This document shows, piece after piece, positions 41,169 to 55,105 of a DNA stretch of 64,000 bases (position 1 is its first letter; every line of letters begins with the position of its first letter). The translations under genes were made by a program, and so were the position numbers. Source of the stretch: the human T2T-CHM13v2.0 reference genome, Homo sapiens; NCBI RefSeq assembly GCF_009914755.1, contig NC_060928.1. One strand, 5' to 3'. The notes below the pieces were generated by a model that had not been told where the DNA came from, searched no databases, and saw only the letters and a program-made list of their open reading frames with translations.

Positions 41169-41650
41169 TGTTAAGAACAATTTCCCAAGTGTCTCTCGTG
41201 TGTACATGCACCTTGTAGTAGCTTTTGTCCCAGACTGTCATTTTGAAGATGCATGTATAGCAAATGATCTTGGGAGATTGAAGTAGTGTCGCCATGCAGG
41301 GGAGAGAACAAAATCTGTTGCTTTCCAGAATGGTAAAGATAATGTCTTTCTCTGGGGTAGAGGTTGTACAAGTTTGCTACTATCCTCTTTATAAGGATGG
41401 GGGTTACCTAAGCTTGGCGTTCCTCAGCTAATACTCAACCCCACCATGTATACAGCATTCTCCTGAGCTGAATCCCACCTGTGAGCTTGTGACCAAGGAG
41501 AATGAACGCAAGCAAGAAGTTCTTGTGAACAACAATCAGAGTCCTATATCTCTGATTTCAAAGTCTCCTGTATGCTGCCAGCATCTGTGAGATTGTGGCA
41601 GGCAGGCTTGTTAGCTTCCAAGTAGGGAAAAAGCATCAGACCCTTGAAAA
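41169..41650 (+). mobile_element. Ancient ERV LTR (MER89/MER90-like)
   Basis: gtaaagataatgtct; terminal gtggcaggc...ttgttagctt.caagtaggg...cagacccttg motif; family from memory only. Confidence 0.45.
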
Positions 41651-43060
41651 ATATAGGTCTTTGATAAGTAGAATTGATTATTTATATAACGTGCTAAGGA
41701 CATCGTATCTGTGTATTCAATTTGATCTTCACAAATACTCAGTGGATTTTACTTTACCTACATTGTAGAAGAGGAAACTGAATTAGCATGTAATTGCTAA
41801 TCTCCTCAATGTCAAACTTCAGGTCAGTGGCAGTATCACCATGTAAGCACACACATGTGTGGCCCCTACAACTGTGAGTTTAAATACAGGAATCAAGTGA
41901 CTCCCTGGACACTTGGGTTTTAAATAGAAGACTTTATGATAATCAAAAGTTTTGGAAAAGTAGATTGTAGAATTGTATTTGGTACATGACGTATATGCAA
42001 AATGACAGAAATTAGGGCAGATGCAAATTTAATATCTTATTGGAAAAAGTAATCCCTAAAGTAGTAGAATTTTAATAGTAACTCTTTTGCCTGACCTAGT
42101 TAAGTAATTATGTCAATACCTTCTATTTATATAAATAGACTAGAATATCAGAAAGTTGTTCTAGTCTGCCCATATTGTAAGACATTTTTGTCTTAAACAA
42201 ATAACTGTGCACCTTAGTTTGTGCTATGCTTACATATGGCTAAAATCTTTAAGAAAATTATCTCATAGAGGAGTGAGTGATCTACAAGTTTTTTAAAGGA
42301 CATATAGATATATTTGTCATATTTACAATATGTAAATCACTAATGCCATATAAATATTTATGATAGGTTGGTTATTACTTTTGATAATCAGTATCACTTT
42401 TCTGCAACACTTTTGCATATTTAAAAAATAAGAAGCTGAAACTATGTATTATTAAAATATTTACTTCTAGAAAAAGTTAATAGTTCAAAAATCCCAAGTT
42501 AGTTTATATAGCCTCAGATTTTCTAGTAGGTGTGATATTTTTGTCTATATTATTAATTTTAATGGTGAAATACTTAATCATGATATTCCTTTCAGTTATT
42601 CATACATCATTTTCTATAATGTAAATAATATTATTGCTGTCTACAATATTAGAAGCTAGAAGACAAATGATCAAAGCGTTCACATACTGAGGAAATATGC
42701 TATTTTATCCGGTATTAAATTCTATTTACCATACTATTTAACAATTCTATGTTCAAAATAAAGAGTTGTCTGATATTGAAGCTCCTAAAAAGTTTACCAT
42801 ACCCACACCCTCTTTAAGAAAATATTAAGGCATATAGCTGTAGTGAAGAAAACCAAAGGAGACAATATAAGAAAATGGAAAATATTAAATTAGAGTAATT
42901 ATGGACATAAACTAGGAGCGGAAATTACAAGTGTTACAGATGAGAATTTGTGCAGGTTTAGGACCAGACAGGACTGGACTGGATCAGAATGTAGAAAGGT
43001 CTAGAATAGACAAAGTGCCAAGTGAAGAGCAAGCGGTTTCTAGGCAGCAGAAAGCTGTGA

Positions 43061-43511
43061 TGTTACCACATTTTCAGAAATTTGGTCAGTAATTGAAACA
43101 ACTCTGAAAGAATGTAGACAGTTTACTACTCATGGCACAGCAGGTAGCAAAAGCTTCTTCTTGTTCACATGAATTCCCATTGCCCCCTCAAGTCACACAG
43201 AAGCAACAGGAGCCAGCCCAGTGGAAGGCGGAGCACACAGATCTGTGGCACAGCTGAGGAGCACGGGGCTCAGGAAAAGCACAACCTATATGGGATTGGG
43301 AGCAAACTTAACTCGCTGTTGCCTTGGAAGAAGGCATTATCTTTACTACCGCGAGAATTAAACAAATCTCCTCAGAGAAGTGAGGGGCTTTGTTATAGCC
43401 TAATTCAATAACTCCACCCACTCACTTGAAGGGAAACATTATTCCAAGAATGTTTGCTTGGGAAGGTAGTTCAAGACTTGTGGGAACACTGTGAAGAACT
43501 GCTTTCCTACA
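43061..43511 (-). mobile_element. Ancient ERV LTR (MER89/90/92-like)
   Basis: TG...CA bounded, more GC-rich 450-bp block; attatctttact is the reverse complement of a motif in the 41.2-kb element. Confidence 0.4.
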
Positions 43512-45224
43512 TACCGCTGCGAATGTGACTGGTGTTTTCTTACAATTTGAGACTAAAGAATTTTGAAAATATGGCAATGGAATTTTTTCTTTCCTCTTGA
43601 TGAAAAAGAAAGCTATTTAGAAGCTCCGTGGAAGAGAGTTAAGAAACTGAAGAAACAAAAACTTATGGCCTGGGGAAAACAATCAGCATAAAATAAATAC
43701 ACATAAAAGTAAAAGCAGAAAAATATCAAATATCATGTTAACTAAAATTTGGCATGATTTTAAGCAAACGATAATGTTGAATAGATGATCCATCAGGTCT
43801 TGGCATTCTAGTTTTATTGGCACAAGGATGTACAGCATTTTATAGTGGTGATGAACATGTATATAGAGCATAATATACTATATTATAGCAAAAATTATTT
43901 ACAAACGATATTAATAGTATCTTTTGATTTTTAACATTTAGTATCAAACTCCAGACTAATCATGGAAGACTTGTTTTAGTTAAATATTTAAGTGTAAAAA
44001 ACATAAAATATATGTAGGTGAAGGAAGTCGAGATGAATGAGCAGAACTTGTTGCAAAATTAAGGGTGCTGGTGACACTTTTCTGAACTTGATGAAACAAG
44101 AAAAAAGTTTACATTTATTGAAAGGTTAAAAATTATCAGTGAGATAACTTTAATAATAATTTATTTTCACTATGGGAAGTTTGGGGTAGAGAAATAAGAT
44201 AAATATTTATTTTTCAAAATAGTAAATATTGTCTCTAATTGATACATTATCAGTGAAGGGATACACACATCAAAGTTACAATAGAAACAACCAAAAGAAT
44301 GAAATACCATAGTGGTTAAAGTGGCTACCTCTAATCAATAAAACAGGATTTAAAGGGTTTGTGCAAGAACAGTTGATCTCATTATATTTTGATTTGTACT
44401 AGTTAGTATTTTACCATGTACACAAATTATTTTGTGTCAAAATATTCTCCTATAGAAACCAAAATTCTGAACCTTTCAGAGCCATTTTAGACTTACTGAT
44501 TGTGATTCAAAAAGTAGATTTCTCTGCAGCTATTTTCTCTGGTATCATTGAACATTCCTTGATTATTCTTGCTTTGGGTAAATTCTGTTATTAGAGTTGA
44601 GATATTTCTTTTATGGTGTTAAAACTGCCAAATTTTAAGTAAAGAGTTCCATTACAGAAAATAAAAGCAATTAGAGCTCTCACGTTCAGAAAACATAAGC
44701 TAAATACAAATAAATATAAACGTATTATTAGGCAAATGTAACAGTATTTAAATCAAGTGCTATTAAATACTAGATCTTTGGTAGGGATAGAAGAAAAAAG
44801 AATGAAAATCTCAAAAGAACAGTAAGCAGGAGGTAAAATGTTTCCACAATCCATTTCAGAGTACACTATAATGTAAAAGTTCTCATTAACAGGTCATTTT
44901 TGTTCAGAGATAAACCATACTTTCATTCTTAGAGATGATTTGGGAAAAATATATTAAAATTCTTGAACTGATTTTTTTGTTTGTAGTAACAACTTCATTA
45001 CAAGTGATTTTACATTTAACTGATGTTACTAATTATGTAAAAATAGTAGAAACAGTAATAATTTTGCCAATAAGTAGAAATTTGGTATAAATATACTTTA
45101 CAAGAAATGCACAGAAAAGATTAATTAGTAATACATTAAGTAAATCATCTATTGCTACCATAGCTATCATCCTGCATCACCTTGGAAATATGAAAAATGC
45201 TACCAGGAAAGATATAAACAAAAT

Positions 45225-45520
45225 GGCCGGGCGCGGTGGCTCATGCCTGTAATCTCAGCACTTTGGGAGGCCGAGGCAGGTGGATCACCTGAGGTCAGGA
45301 GTCGAGACCAGCCTGGCCAACATGGTGAAACCCCATCTCTACTAAAAAAAATACAAAAATTATCTGGGCGAATTGGCACATGCCTGTAATCCCAGCTATT
45401 CAGGAGGCTGAGGCAGGAGAATTGCTTGAACCCGGGTGGCGAAGGTTGCAGTGGGCCGAGATCACGCCACTGCAATCCACCCTGGGCTACAGAGCAAGAC
45501 TCCATCTCAAAAAATAATTG
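45225..45520 (+). mobile_element. AluSx
   Basis: ggccgggcgcggtggctca...ggatcacctgaggtcaggag; approximate TSD aaag(a/t)tataaacaa. Confidence 0.94.
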
Positions 45521-45694
45521 AAACAAAGTTATAAACAACACTTCTAAGGAGAGAAAAATAAATGATGCATGTTTACTTGTTGGCATCTCAGAATGTTTAT
45601 TATGTAATATTTCATGAAAATTTGGCTCCCAAATATATACACTATAAGAAGTTGGCCAAAATCATAGGCAACATAGGCCAATAAATTTTTAAAA

Positions 45695-45795
45695 TTTTTA
45701 AAATGTATATTTTATATGTATATTTTATATGTATATTTTAAATGTATAAAATGTATATTTTAAATGTATAAAAAATCTTTAAAATGTATATTTAA
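45695..45795. repeat. AT-rich degenerate tandem repeat (atgtatatttta unit)
   Basis: About 6-7 imperfect copies of aatgtata(tttt). Confidence 0.75.
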
Positions 45796-45989
45796 CTCAT
45801 AGCTTGTAGTAAGTTCATTTTAAAAATACAATGTCAATTCTTTATATATCTCTGCTTGGTAAAAATAATACAAATACTCTAAGTTATTTCACACATATCA
45901 CCAAAATTATATACTGTTATTGAAGGAGCACATGACCTGTGACCATAACAGAAAGAGAGACTCCAAAGGGCTGGTAAGACACTGTAATT

Positions 45990-46205
45990 AGGAGGCAGCA
46001 ATCATCGCTTCAAAACCTTGCTTTGGTGCTTATTAGTTGTGTGACTTTAGACTGGTTACTTAACTTATCCGTGGCTCAGGTTAATCATTTGTAAAGTGAA
46101 GCAAGGATACAAATAGCATCCACATCCTAGGGCTTTGTGAGGACTAGATGAAATAAGACATTTAAATAATACATGCAGCTAAAGGAGTGTCCAGCATATA
46201 CTAAT
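45990..46205 (+). mobile_element. MIR
   Basis: ttattagttgtgtgacttt...gttacttaac...catttgtaaagtg...tgtgaggact. Confidence 0.75.
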
Positions 46206-46469
46206 AAGGGCAAAATGATATTAATCTAGCCCTTTTACTTTAAAATGGCTATGGATTTATGTTTAACAAATTTAAGAATCTTAACCAAAATTTAGAAAAG
46301 TGACAAACCTGGGGTAAAATCAGCCTGTTAATTAAAAAAAATATATATGCAGAGTGTAGATGGAGAAGGCAGAAAGACTATCTGGCAACTATTTTAAATT
46401 AAGGAAATGTCTCTTCACTTTGGAACTTCAGTTTCCTCATGTTCCCAGCTGGTTTACCAATAAGAGTTA

Positions 46470-46744
46470 TAGCCAGGCATGATCATGATGGCTCATGCCT
46501 GTAATCCCAGCGCTTTGGGAGCCTGAGGTAAGAGGATCACTTGAGGCCAGGATTTAGAAACCAGCCTGAGCAACATACTGAGATCCTGTCTCTACAAAAA
46601 TAAAAATAAAAATAAATTAGCCAGGCATGGTGGCGTGCACTTATAGTTCTAGCTACTCAGGAGGCTGAGGTGGGAGGATCACTTGAGACCAGGACTTTGA
46701 GACCAACCTGGGAAACATAGCAAGACTTTGTCTCTAAAAAAAAG
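46470..46744 (+). mobile_element. AluJ-like dimer with shortened second arm
   Basis: Both arms end gagacc/aaacc-a-cctg-g-aacata...tgtctcta; the right-arm gcagtgag...cactgcact segment is absent. Confidence 0.85.
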
Positions 46745-46958
46745 TGTAAGATTTAAAAAATATGTACATATTTTGAGAACTAAATGAAATGACAAAGGCA
46801 AATTACCTTGCATATAGTAGATGCCAGATAAATGTTATTTTCACCACTTTCCCTCATATTTTACATTTGTACTGTGTTCTTTGAACTCCACTGAAACAAA
46901 TTATATGTTGGGAATGGGGGATGGAAGACCAGTGGGAGAAGAAACATTTATTGAATAC

Positions 46959-47342
46959 TGATATGGTTTGGATCTGTGTCCCAGCTCATATCTCTTGTTG
47001 GATTTTAATCTCCAATGTTGGAGGTGAGATCTGGCGGGAGGTGATTGGATCATGGGGGCAGTTTTCCCCTGGGTACTGTCCCGAGTTCTCATAAGATCTG
47101 GTTGTTTAAAAGTGTGTACCATCTCCCTCTTCTCTCTCTGCCTCCTGTTCTGGCCATGTAAGACATGCCTGCTTCCCCTTTGCCTTCTACCATGATTGTA
47201 AATTTCCTGAGGCCTCCTGAGCTGCAGAAGCCCTGATGCTTCCTGTACAGCCTGCAGAACCGTGAGCCAATTAAACCTCTTTTCTTTATAAATTACCAAT
47301 CTCAGGTATTTATTTATGGAAGTGCAAGAACAGACTAATACA
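46959..47342 (+). mobile_element. MSTA solo LTR
   Basis: tgatatggtttggatctgtgtcc...cagcctgcagaaccgtgagccaattaaacctc...gactaataca; TSD aatac/gatac inside an L2-like aaacatttattgaatac|ctacta end. Confidence 0.9.
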
Positions 47343-47424
47343 GATACCTACTATATATGCCAAGTAATTTGTTCACTTTATTTTATTGAACTCCTGGTAG
47401 ACTGAGGTTGCTTTTTCTATAGTT

Positions 47425-48100
47425 ACTACTGATATTCTAATAGCTGAAGTCTGTGGTCATTTCTCAGGTGTCATATTACTGAACATTCCTTCTGTAGTCA
47501 AGAGTCAAGCTCTTTATCTCTTTCAAGTCAGAATTATTCCTCAGCTTCTGGTACACTGTTCTCTCCTGTTTCTCCTTAAGTCCTCCACAGATTCTTCTTC
47601 CTTTTCTGACCCATGCATGTATAGTCTTTTCCAGAACTGAGCCACTGCTTTTCTCACTTTCTGTCCCTCAGTGGATTTTGTTCACTCTCATGATTTGATG
47701 TATTACCTGTAAATTCTCCAGCGTTTACTTTAGAAGAACCCAGACTACTTCTCTTAGATGTGTAAAGGCAAATGTGTCTATACTTGGTTTGGCCATTGAC
47801 ACCTTAAAAACACTGTGTCCAATATTGAACTTAACAACTTTCCCATGTCGTTTGATTCTCTAACAATTTTTCCATCTCGGTTTTATCACCATAATCTTCT
47901 CAGGAGTTATCATTAATTCTCCTCTCCTTTCCTAAAGTCAATCGACAAGGCATAACCATTTAGCTTCCTAAACATTTCTTGAATCTATCATCTGCTTCCT
48001 ATCTCTAATATTTTAATCACAATCATTTCAAGCCTCAATTCTTACCAACTTCCTAACTGCTCATGCTCCTCCATTCTTGAACCATCCGGTTTAACCTTTA
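47425..48100 (+). mobile_element. L2 fragment
   Basis: Pyrimidine-rich L2-like run (tggtcatttctcag, acactgttctctcctg, tgtccaatattgaact, cctaaacatttcttgaatc). Confidence 0.55.
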
Positions 48101-51100
48101 TATATCCCTCATTAAGTATTTAAAAATCCATATATAACATTCCTCATAAATGTTGAATTCACTGAAAATCTTTGTGGACTGGTATGTTCAATAATTTGCT
48201 AAATATATTACATCTTTGTTATATTATTCCCTATCTATTCATAGACCTTTGTAATATGATTTCTAAATAATCTAATACTGAAAAGAAGTAAAAACTCAGA
48301 AAACCATACAAACTTTCAACATATACTTTTAAATTAGTTGTTATATAGAATAAAATGTAATACAATTTTACTTTTGTAATGTTTTTGAAATTAAAAAATT
48401 CACAGGCATAGTTTACATTAACATGTAAATAGAAACATCAGTCACATAATTGCATTTTTTTTCCTTTTCTTATTTAGTCACTTGCAAAATGTCTAAAGTT
48501 TGTTATTTGCAAATAACAGAAAATGATATATCCATAACAGAAATGATTTATTCCTACGATAAATTAATGTAGTAAATTGATTAATAGTAATTAACCAAGT
48601 GATTTCAAAGTATAATTACAAAATAAAAAAGCATAGAATTGTACATACAGTGTCTTTACTTCAACTAACTTACTTGTATCAAATATATTTTACAGAAAAA
48701 GAATTCATTTTTATTTATTACTTTTAATTCAATATGGCTTCATGATTTATTTTCGCTCCACAAAACATAGATAATATTTGTACTATATCTAAAATTGACA
48801 GTCTTTGAGAATTTTTTCCTATTTCTGAAATATCAAATCAACAATTTCTTTATGAGGCTCTGTAAATACTGCCTTAACTTTGCTTTCCTTTCTTATCTTG
48901 AGGCTTAAAATTATCATGAGATCCTGAAATCCTCCTAGACTTTTTTAAGCTGCTAAGTTACATAAAGAAACTATAAGCTCAAATATCATTTTAAGAGACT
49001 GTTCAGAATGTGTGATGCTAAACTTCAAATATTTCATTAATCTTCCATGCACAAAAGGATTTCACAGAAGATCTAAATACAAATCAATTGACCTTATTTA
49101 TATATTTGGAAAGCTAATACGTCCTATACTAGAAGTGGAATAGCAAACATCTCCTTATTATCGTACATTATATTTAATATTGGTACAAGTAAATGCTGTT
49201 GAATATGTGGTAGATCATATTTTTTAAGATACGTACTGGGTGGAAAGGGGGATGACAGCCATGTGCATTATAGAAATAATATTTGATTTTGCACTATTAT
49301 TTGTGTGCATATAATTATTATTTGTCTCCTTCCTTGTAATAAGCTTGAATGGCATGTGGTTTCTACATTAGAATTAACATGTGTAAAGCACACTTAAGCT
49401 AAGGTCAGCATGATATAAGTTAAAGTGTAGAGATAGTCTGAAAAACAGTATCACTCCCTCCAGGGTAATTTTATGTGCTTTTTCAAGAAATGTATTCATC
49501 TTAACATACAGATCTCAGGAAAAGAGTTCACAAATATCAACCTCTTAATATATCTCAACATATCCATTTTAAACCAAGAAATGCTCAGTTTCTGATTTCA
49601 TCTTCTGGCCAAACCACACTGTACCATGGTGCTGTCTGGGCTTGCATCAATTGTGATTTGTCGGGACCCAGTTCAAACCTGTTAAATATTTTGACTATGA
49701 CCACTGCTTTTAGGTGAGTGCTTATACTGCATTTTGTAAATAGTTGTCTTAAAAGAACATGCCATATTATGTATTGGAAAGGAGTTAAAGAAGGAATAAG
49801 TTTAAACGTCCTTTAGTGCTACAAGAATTAATACAGAGCTATTTTTCACTTTTATATCTGATAACATACAACTACATAAGCTCAAAATTCAAAATTTCTA
49901 AGTAAAATTAGTAGGGAAGTTAAAATTTAGTCCAACATCAGTTTCACAGATAATGTAAAATATTTGTGTAAAATATGAAATTCATTATTTAACACAAAAA
50001 TAGTCTTCAGAGAAGACATTGAAAACTCCTCTTTCAGGTTATGTTCTGTTTTCAGACACATTAATTTAATCCAAGAATGTATTTCAAATAATCCAAATGA
50101 GTAAAACTTAATTTTTATTATAAATAATTATGCAACACTTGCCAATAAACTGACTTAATTTTATTTTTCCATGGCTCCAATTAAACAAAATTACAGAAGA
50201 ACTTACCATTTATGAATACACTATATTAGTTACGGAGAAGCATGCATGTTGCAAGAGTATATTAATACACTGATGTTAATCTGTTTCTCATTGAAAATCC
50301 ATTCCATAATTCAGAGGATATAAAAAAATTCCATCATACAAAATTAAACGTTAAAACTAAATTATTTGTCACTTGGAAAATGGCATACATTAATTCTTAA
50401 TCAATAATACTTTTTCCTTAAATCAGTTAACTTATAATCATAGCACAATAATGAAATAAACTTTGTTTCTTGATAGGGTTCCATAGCACTCAGAGTACTG
50501 AAATGAATAATGGAAAAAATGACTGTGTCAGATTATAGAATAACTCAGTCCCATACCTTGTCATACTGTAAATAAAAATTATCAGGCTTTGCAGTTTAAT
50601 ATGGAAAGGAAGCTAATGATTACAAACCTATACTCATTGTCCCCACATCCATTTACAAATAATACAATCAGTCTCAGATGAGATATCTTTTGTTAAATAA
50701 ACAGCTATCTTTTTGTTTATGTTGTGGTTGTTGAATGATCTCTGACCTCATACCAAAATTTCATGGGTACCAATGATCTCTGAAGTGAGAAGGACTCATT
50801 ACAAATCTGTCTCAAACTTGTGTCTGGTGTGGGTCCCAATAAAGAATAAAAGCAAGCACAAGATTTTTGTACTTTATTGCTGGACCCATTGTACTTAGAA
50901 ATGCGTAGCTCACATCAAGGGCCAAGGTTTGAAACAAATGTCTTTTAGTAACTCGTGACAACAGCATATGAATCATTAAAACTGCTTTCTTTTAACAGTG
51001 CCTAATTTGCATTTTAATACACACATTCTGATAGAAATTGTCAAAAATCAAGTACTAAAGAATTTAAGAAAATTTAAATAATGTCACAAAATTATAACCG

Positions 51101-51370
51101 CTAAAACATAAAGGAATGGGAGTACAGGCATTAACAAATGTGTCCACATGGTAGTTCACTATTATCTTTCCTGATGACCTAGATCACCTAGAAAAGCTGT
51201 TTTTAATTACAAAATATTATAATGTACATTTAGACTAGTAATTGTATCAAGAAGCAGTATATAACTACATACATGGCTACATATCCCTCTCTCTGTGTCT
51301 GGAAATATATGTTGCAATGGCTAGTAGCTATGAAAGAATGTGAAAGACTTGTCAAAGAAAATGACCTATA

Positions 51371-51632
<262 letters not shown>

Positions 51633-52098
51633 TCAGGCTAAAGGATTGTACTGATGAGTTGTTTCAAGCTCTCAATGTACAAATATTTTGCAAAATATGC
51701 AAATACATACTATTAAGTATAGAAAAAATTAAATCTCTTCAATTTTTACCACCCAATATGATGTTAAAAGCACCAGAAATAAAATTACAAATGGCATTTA
51801 ATATGTGAAAAAGTTATGTAATTTACTAGGATTCAGCAGCATTTTACAGGTATAATCTTTTGAAATGAAATAGAAATGCAAAGTTGGTTAAATTTGAGGA
51901 AATACATCCATAAATCCTAATGATTTATATATTTTATATTTTACAGTTGAAGAAATGAGACTCATAAACTTAAGTATATAGCTAAGAACCACACAGCAGT
52001 GAAGGACTGGAATTCTAAAATTTATACCCTTAATGAATAAGTTAGGCTCTCCACAGGATAACAATGCACAAACCAGAAAGAAATTCCATAAACTGGTT

Positions 52099-52100
<2 letters not shown>

Positions 52101-52130
<30 letters not shown>
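52101..52130. repeat. (AC)15 microsatellite
   Basis: Read directly from sequence. Confidence 0.95.
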
Positions 52131-52132
<2 letters not shown>

Positions 52133-54970
52133 AGTATTAAAGTCTAGTATGTAGGATAACAGAGTTATATGAATAAGGCAAAACGAGAAATATGATGTTA
52201 CATGATTCTCAGCTCCCAATAAAAGAAACCTCTAGTATTTTTAAAAATGCAGATGAGGATTAGTAGGAATTACAAACCACAGGTCCAGAAAAATAAGCTA
52301 GTCCTTTTGGTTAGCATTCTATAAATCACCCAGATTACTAAATTCAGAATAATCTTAGAGGGATTCTTTTTCCTTGTCCATCATATGCAATTGGATTTAA
52401 AGCCTTGTGAATTTCATCTCAGCAATATTACCCCAATTCAATTTTTCCTGTTATTTCTTCATCTAGTATCCTTGCTGGGACTTGGTTGCCTTATTTCTAA
52501 AATAACCACCCACCCCAACTTCAAACAAACAAACAAAAAAATTGTCTCAGTAACATAATAAATTTCTCTAAGATTTACTAGAAACTGTTAACTCTTTTCA
52601 AGTAAAACTTAGAAAAACAGTTTTGGAAATGTTAACTCTTTGCTCAAGAACATAAACATTTTCATATGTTTGACTCAGATAAATTAATTCCAAAGCTTCA
52701 TGTCTGGCAATGACCGATTTGCACTGTATCCTCCTTGAAAGTACTCTGTATCCTAGAAGCAAGGGATGGCTTTCTTGAAGGTGCCCAAGGCCTTTAGGAT
52801 TCCACGTTCCTTTTCTACTTCCTCCTTTTTTACCCAGCTTCACCTGTTACTTTTTAAAATAGGTTATTTTCCTTCTCTATTCAGGCTTCACTGAAACTCA
52901 ACAATTCAAACTACAAGGTGCATAAAGAGTATGTGTTTAAATGCATGTTGGGGTTAAAATATTCAAAATGATATAATTTGAAATGAATTAAATTTTAAGA
53001 GGTTAGATATATAAAACCATAAAACTCATAATCATAAGAAAAGTAGTTTGAACTTTGGAATACCCAGATTTGAAACAAACAGAAAATGTTAATTAAAATG
53101 ATCTTTTGACTCTAACCAGTGAAATGAGTAAACCAATGGAGCACTTTAGATGTGTCATATGTCTAAAGTTTACTGTGCTTATGTACCATTGTTGTGTAGA
53201 CAATTTAAGATTTGTCTAGGGTAGAAAAATCCTACTTAAAAATAAATGCTTTCTACAATATTTTTCAATGTTCTTTTTCAATGAACTTTTGTTTTGCAAG
53301 TCCTTTCTAATTCTTAGGATTGCATTTTATACACATACATAAAATCTGTAGAAAATGGTCTATTCATAGACCATGCTCACAACTATGAATCTCACATTTT
53401 CCTGGCCATAAAAATATTAGAGGCCTCTAAAAATCAGCTGAAATGTCAATATCCTTTGAATGAATTTGATCTACTTTACAAATAATACTTTTTTATTTGC
53501 AATTGAACAGTACGTTAACAAAAAAAGATGGAAGAAAAGGAGGGAATCCATTAAAGGGACTGCAAAACACTGGCCTGTGTAATACTAAATTTATGAGTTA
53601 GAAAATGAGAAAACTGTATAGCTAAGTTACTAACTGAAGGGTGTATGCTTATCTACTTATGTAAAGTCAGAATCTAGGGTTTAAAACATGGAATTTATCT
53701 GTTTTTATTTATTTAAAATACTTGAATGTATGTATTTGGACCAATTTATGCACATTTCTTAATAAGTACATTAGAGAAATAGAGAAAAACTTTATTTATT
53801 CATACTTTATGAAGAAAATCTATATTTATTAGTTTTAATGCATTTCAAGTAGATTTAAAGATTCTGATCTTAACATAGGAAAACATACTATGGTGCTAAT
53901 TTGACCTTAAATATAGGAAGTCAGAAAGATTTAAGAAATATCTCATTGTTGGTAGTTTATTCCTCACTTTTTCTAGAACAGAGAAGATATTAAATAGAAT
54001 TTCCTGCACTGCACAGTCTACCTAAGGCATGCTTCTAATGTAAATGACAGTTGAAAGATTAGAAATGATACTAAACTCAGTTTTATATTTCCCCTGTCTC
54101 TCAGCCTTTGGCACTGTGTAGAAATGACACTCAAAATTGACTGTACTGCTTTTCCACAGCAGGTAGCAAAATCCTGTACTTGCGTTGCCCTGACAATTTG
54201 TCAGAGGAGGATTAGTTTAAATTCTTCTTGCCTCTCTTTCTACGCACAATTGAACACAAATGATCTTTATCCCTTGATGATATGACTTTTAAAAGTTTCT
54301 TTCTTGATATATTAATATACACACTATACAGAAAATTTGACAATATGAAAAATAATTATTGTTTATTCACAAGAGATCCTCTTCTCAGATGTGCTACCTT
54401 CCATCTTTAATGCACATAGAGTTCCTTTTGCAGCTTGTGATTGGTTATCATAAATTAATACTACATCAGCAATACCTTTTCATTCAAAACAAAGTTTAAA
54501 AGCGGGAAATCTCATTGAAGTAAAGTCTTTTTCAAAGTCTGTGATACATTAGAGATATACACTTACTATGACCACATCTCAAATGTTGTTCTTAATAGCC
54601 TTCAGTGAAAAAACTGGCTCATGGATAGTGAACCTGGTAGGATTTGTTTCCCACCTGAAGTGATTTCCAAAGATAAATGTGGTCAGTTTTGTCTTCAATT
54701 TAATTGTGAAAATGTACTCCATCAGAAGTGGGAATGAGGAAGGCACAAACATCAAAGAATTTCAGTTAAAAGGAAACCACAAGTAGCTTTTTGATTATCT
54801 GGGGGCTAATTAGTATATTCAAGGTGGTACTGAAAGTCCTTATTTGGGCTGTGTTGAAGAGAGTGGATTGGAGGAGATGAGGGCTGAGGACTACAGAAGG
54901 AACCACACTGGGTAGTTAAACTTAGACTGGGGCATGTCAGCAAGGATGAGGCTTAAAGAACAGGGCTCCT

Positions 54971-55105
54971 GGGCAACATATATGTTGCAGTTTATACTGC
55001 TCGGGTGATGGGTGGGCCAGGATCTTACAAATCACCACTAAAGAACTTACTCATGCAGCCAAATACCACCTGTGCCCCAATAACTTATGGAAAAAAAAAA
55101 AAAAA
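54971..55105 (+). mobile_element. Short 5'-truncated L1 (L1PB1-like 3' tip) with poly(A)
   Basis: tactgctcgggtgatgggtg...caaatcaccactaaagaacttactcatg...ttatggaaaaaaaa; approximate TSD aagaacagggctcct/aagaagagagctcct. Confidence 0.85.

Noticed and set aside
50201-50350. Minus-strand ATG|GTAAGT donor as a cryptic SPOCK3 exon
   Set aside because: No convincing acceptor or open frame upstream; this hexamer occurs by chance every few kb.
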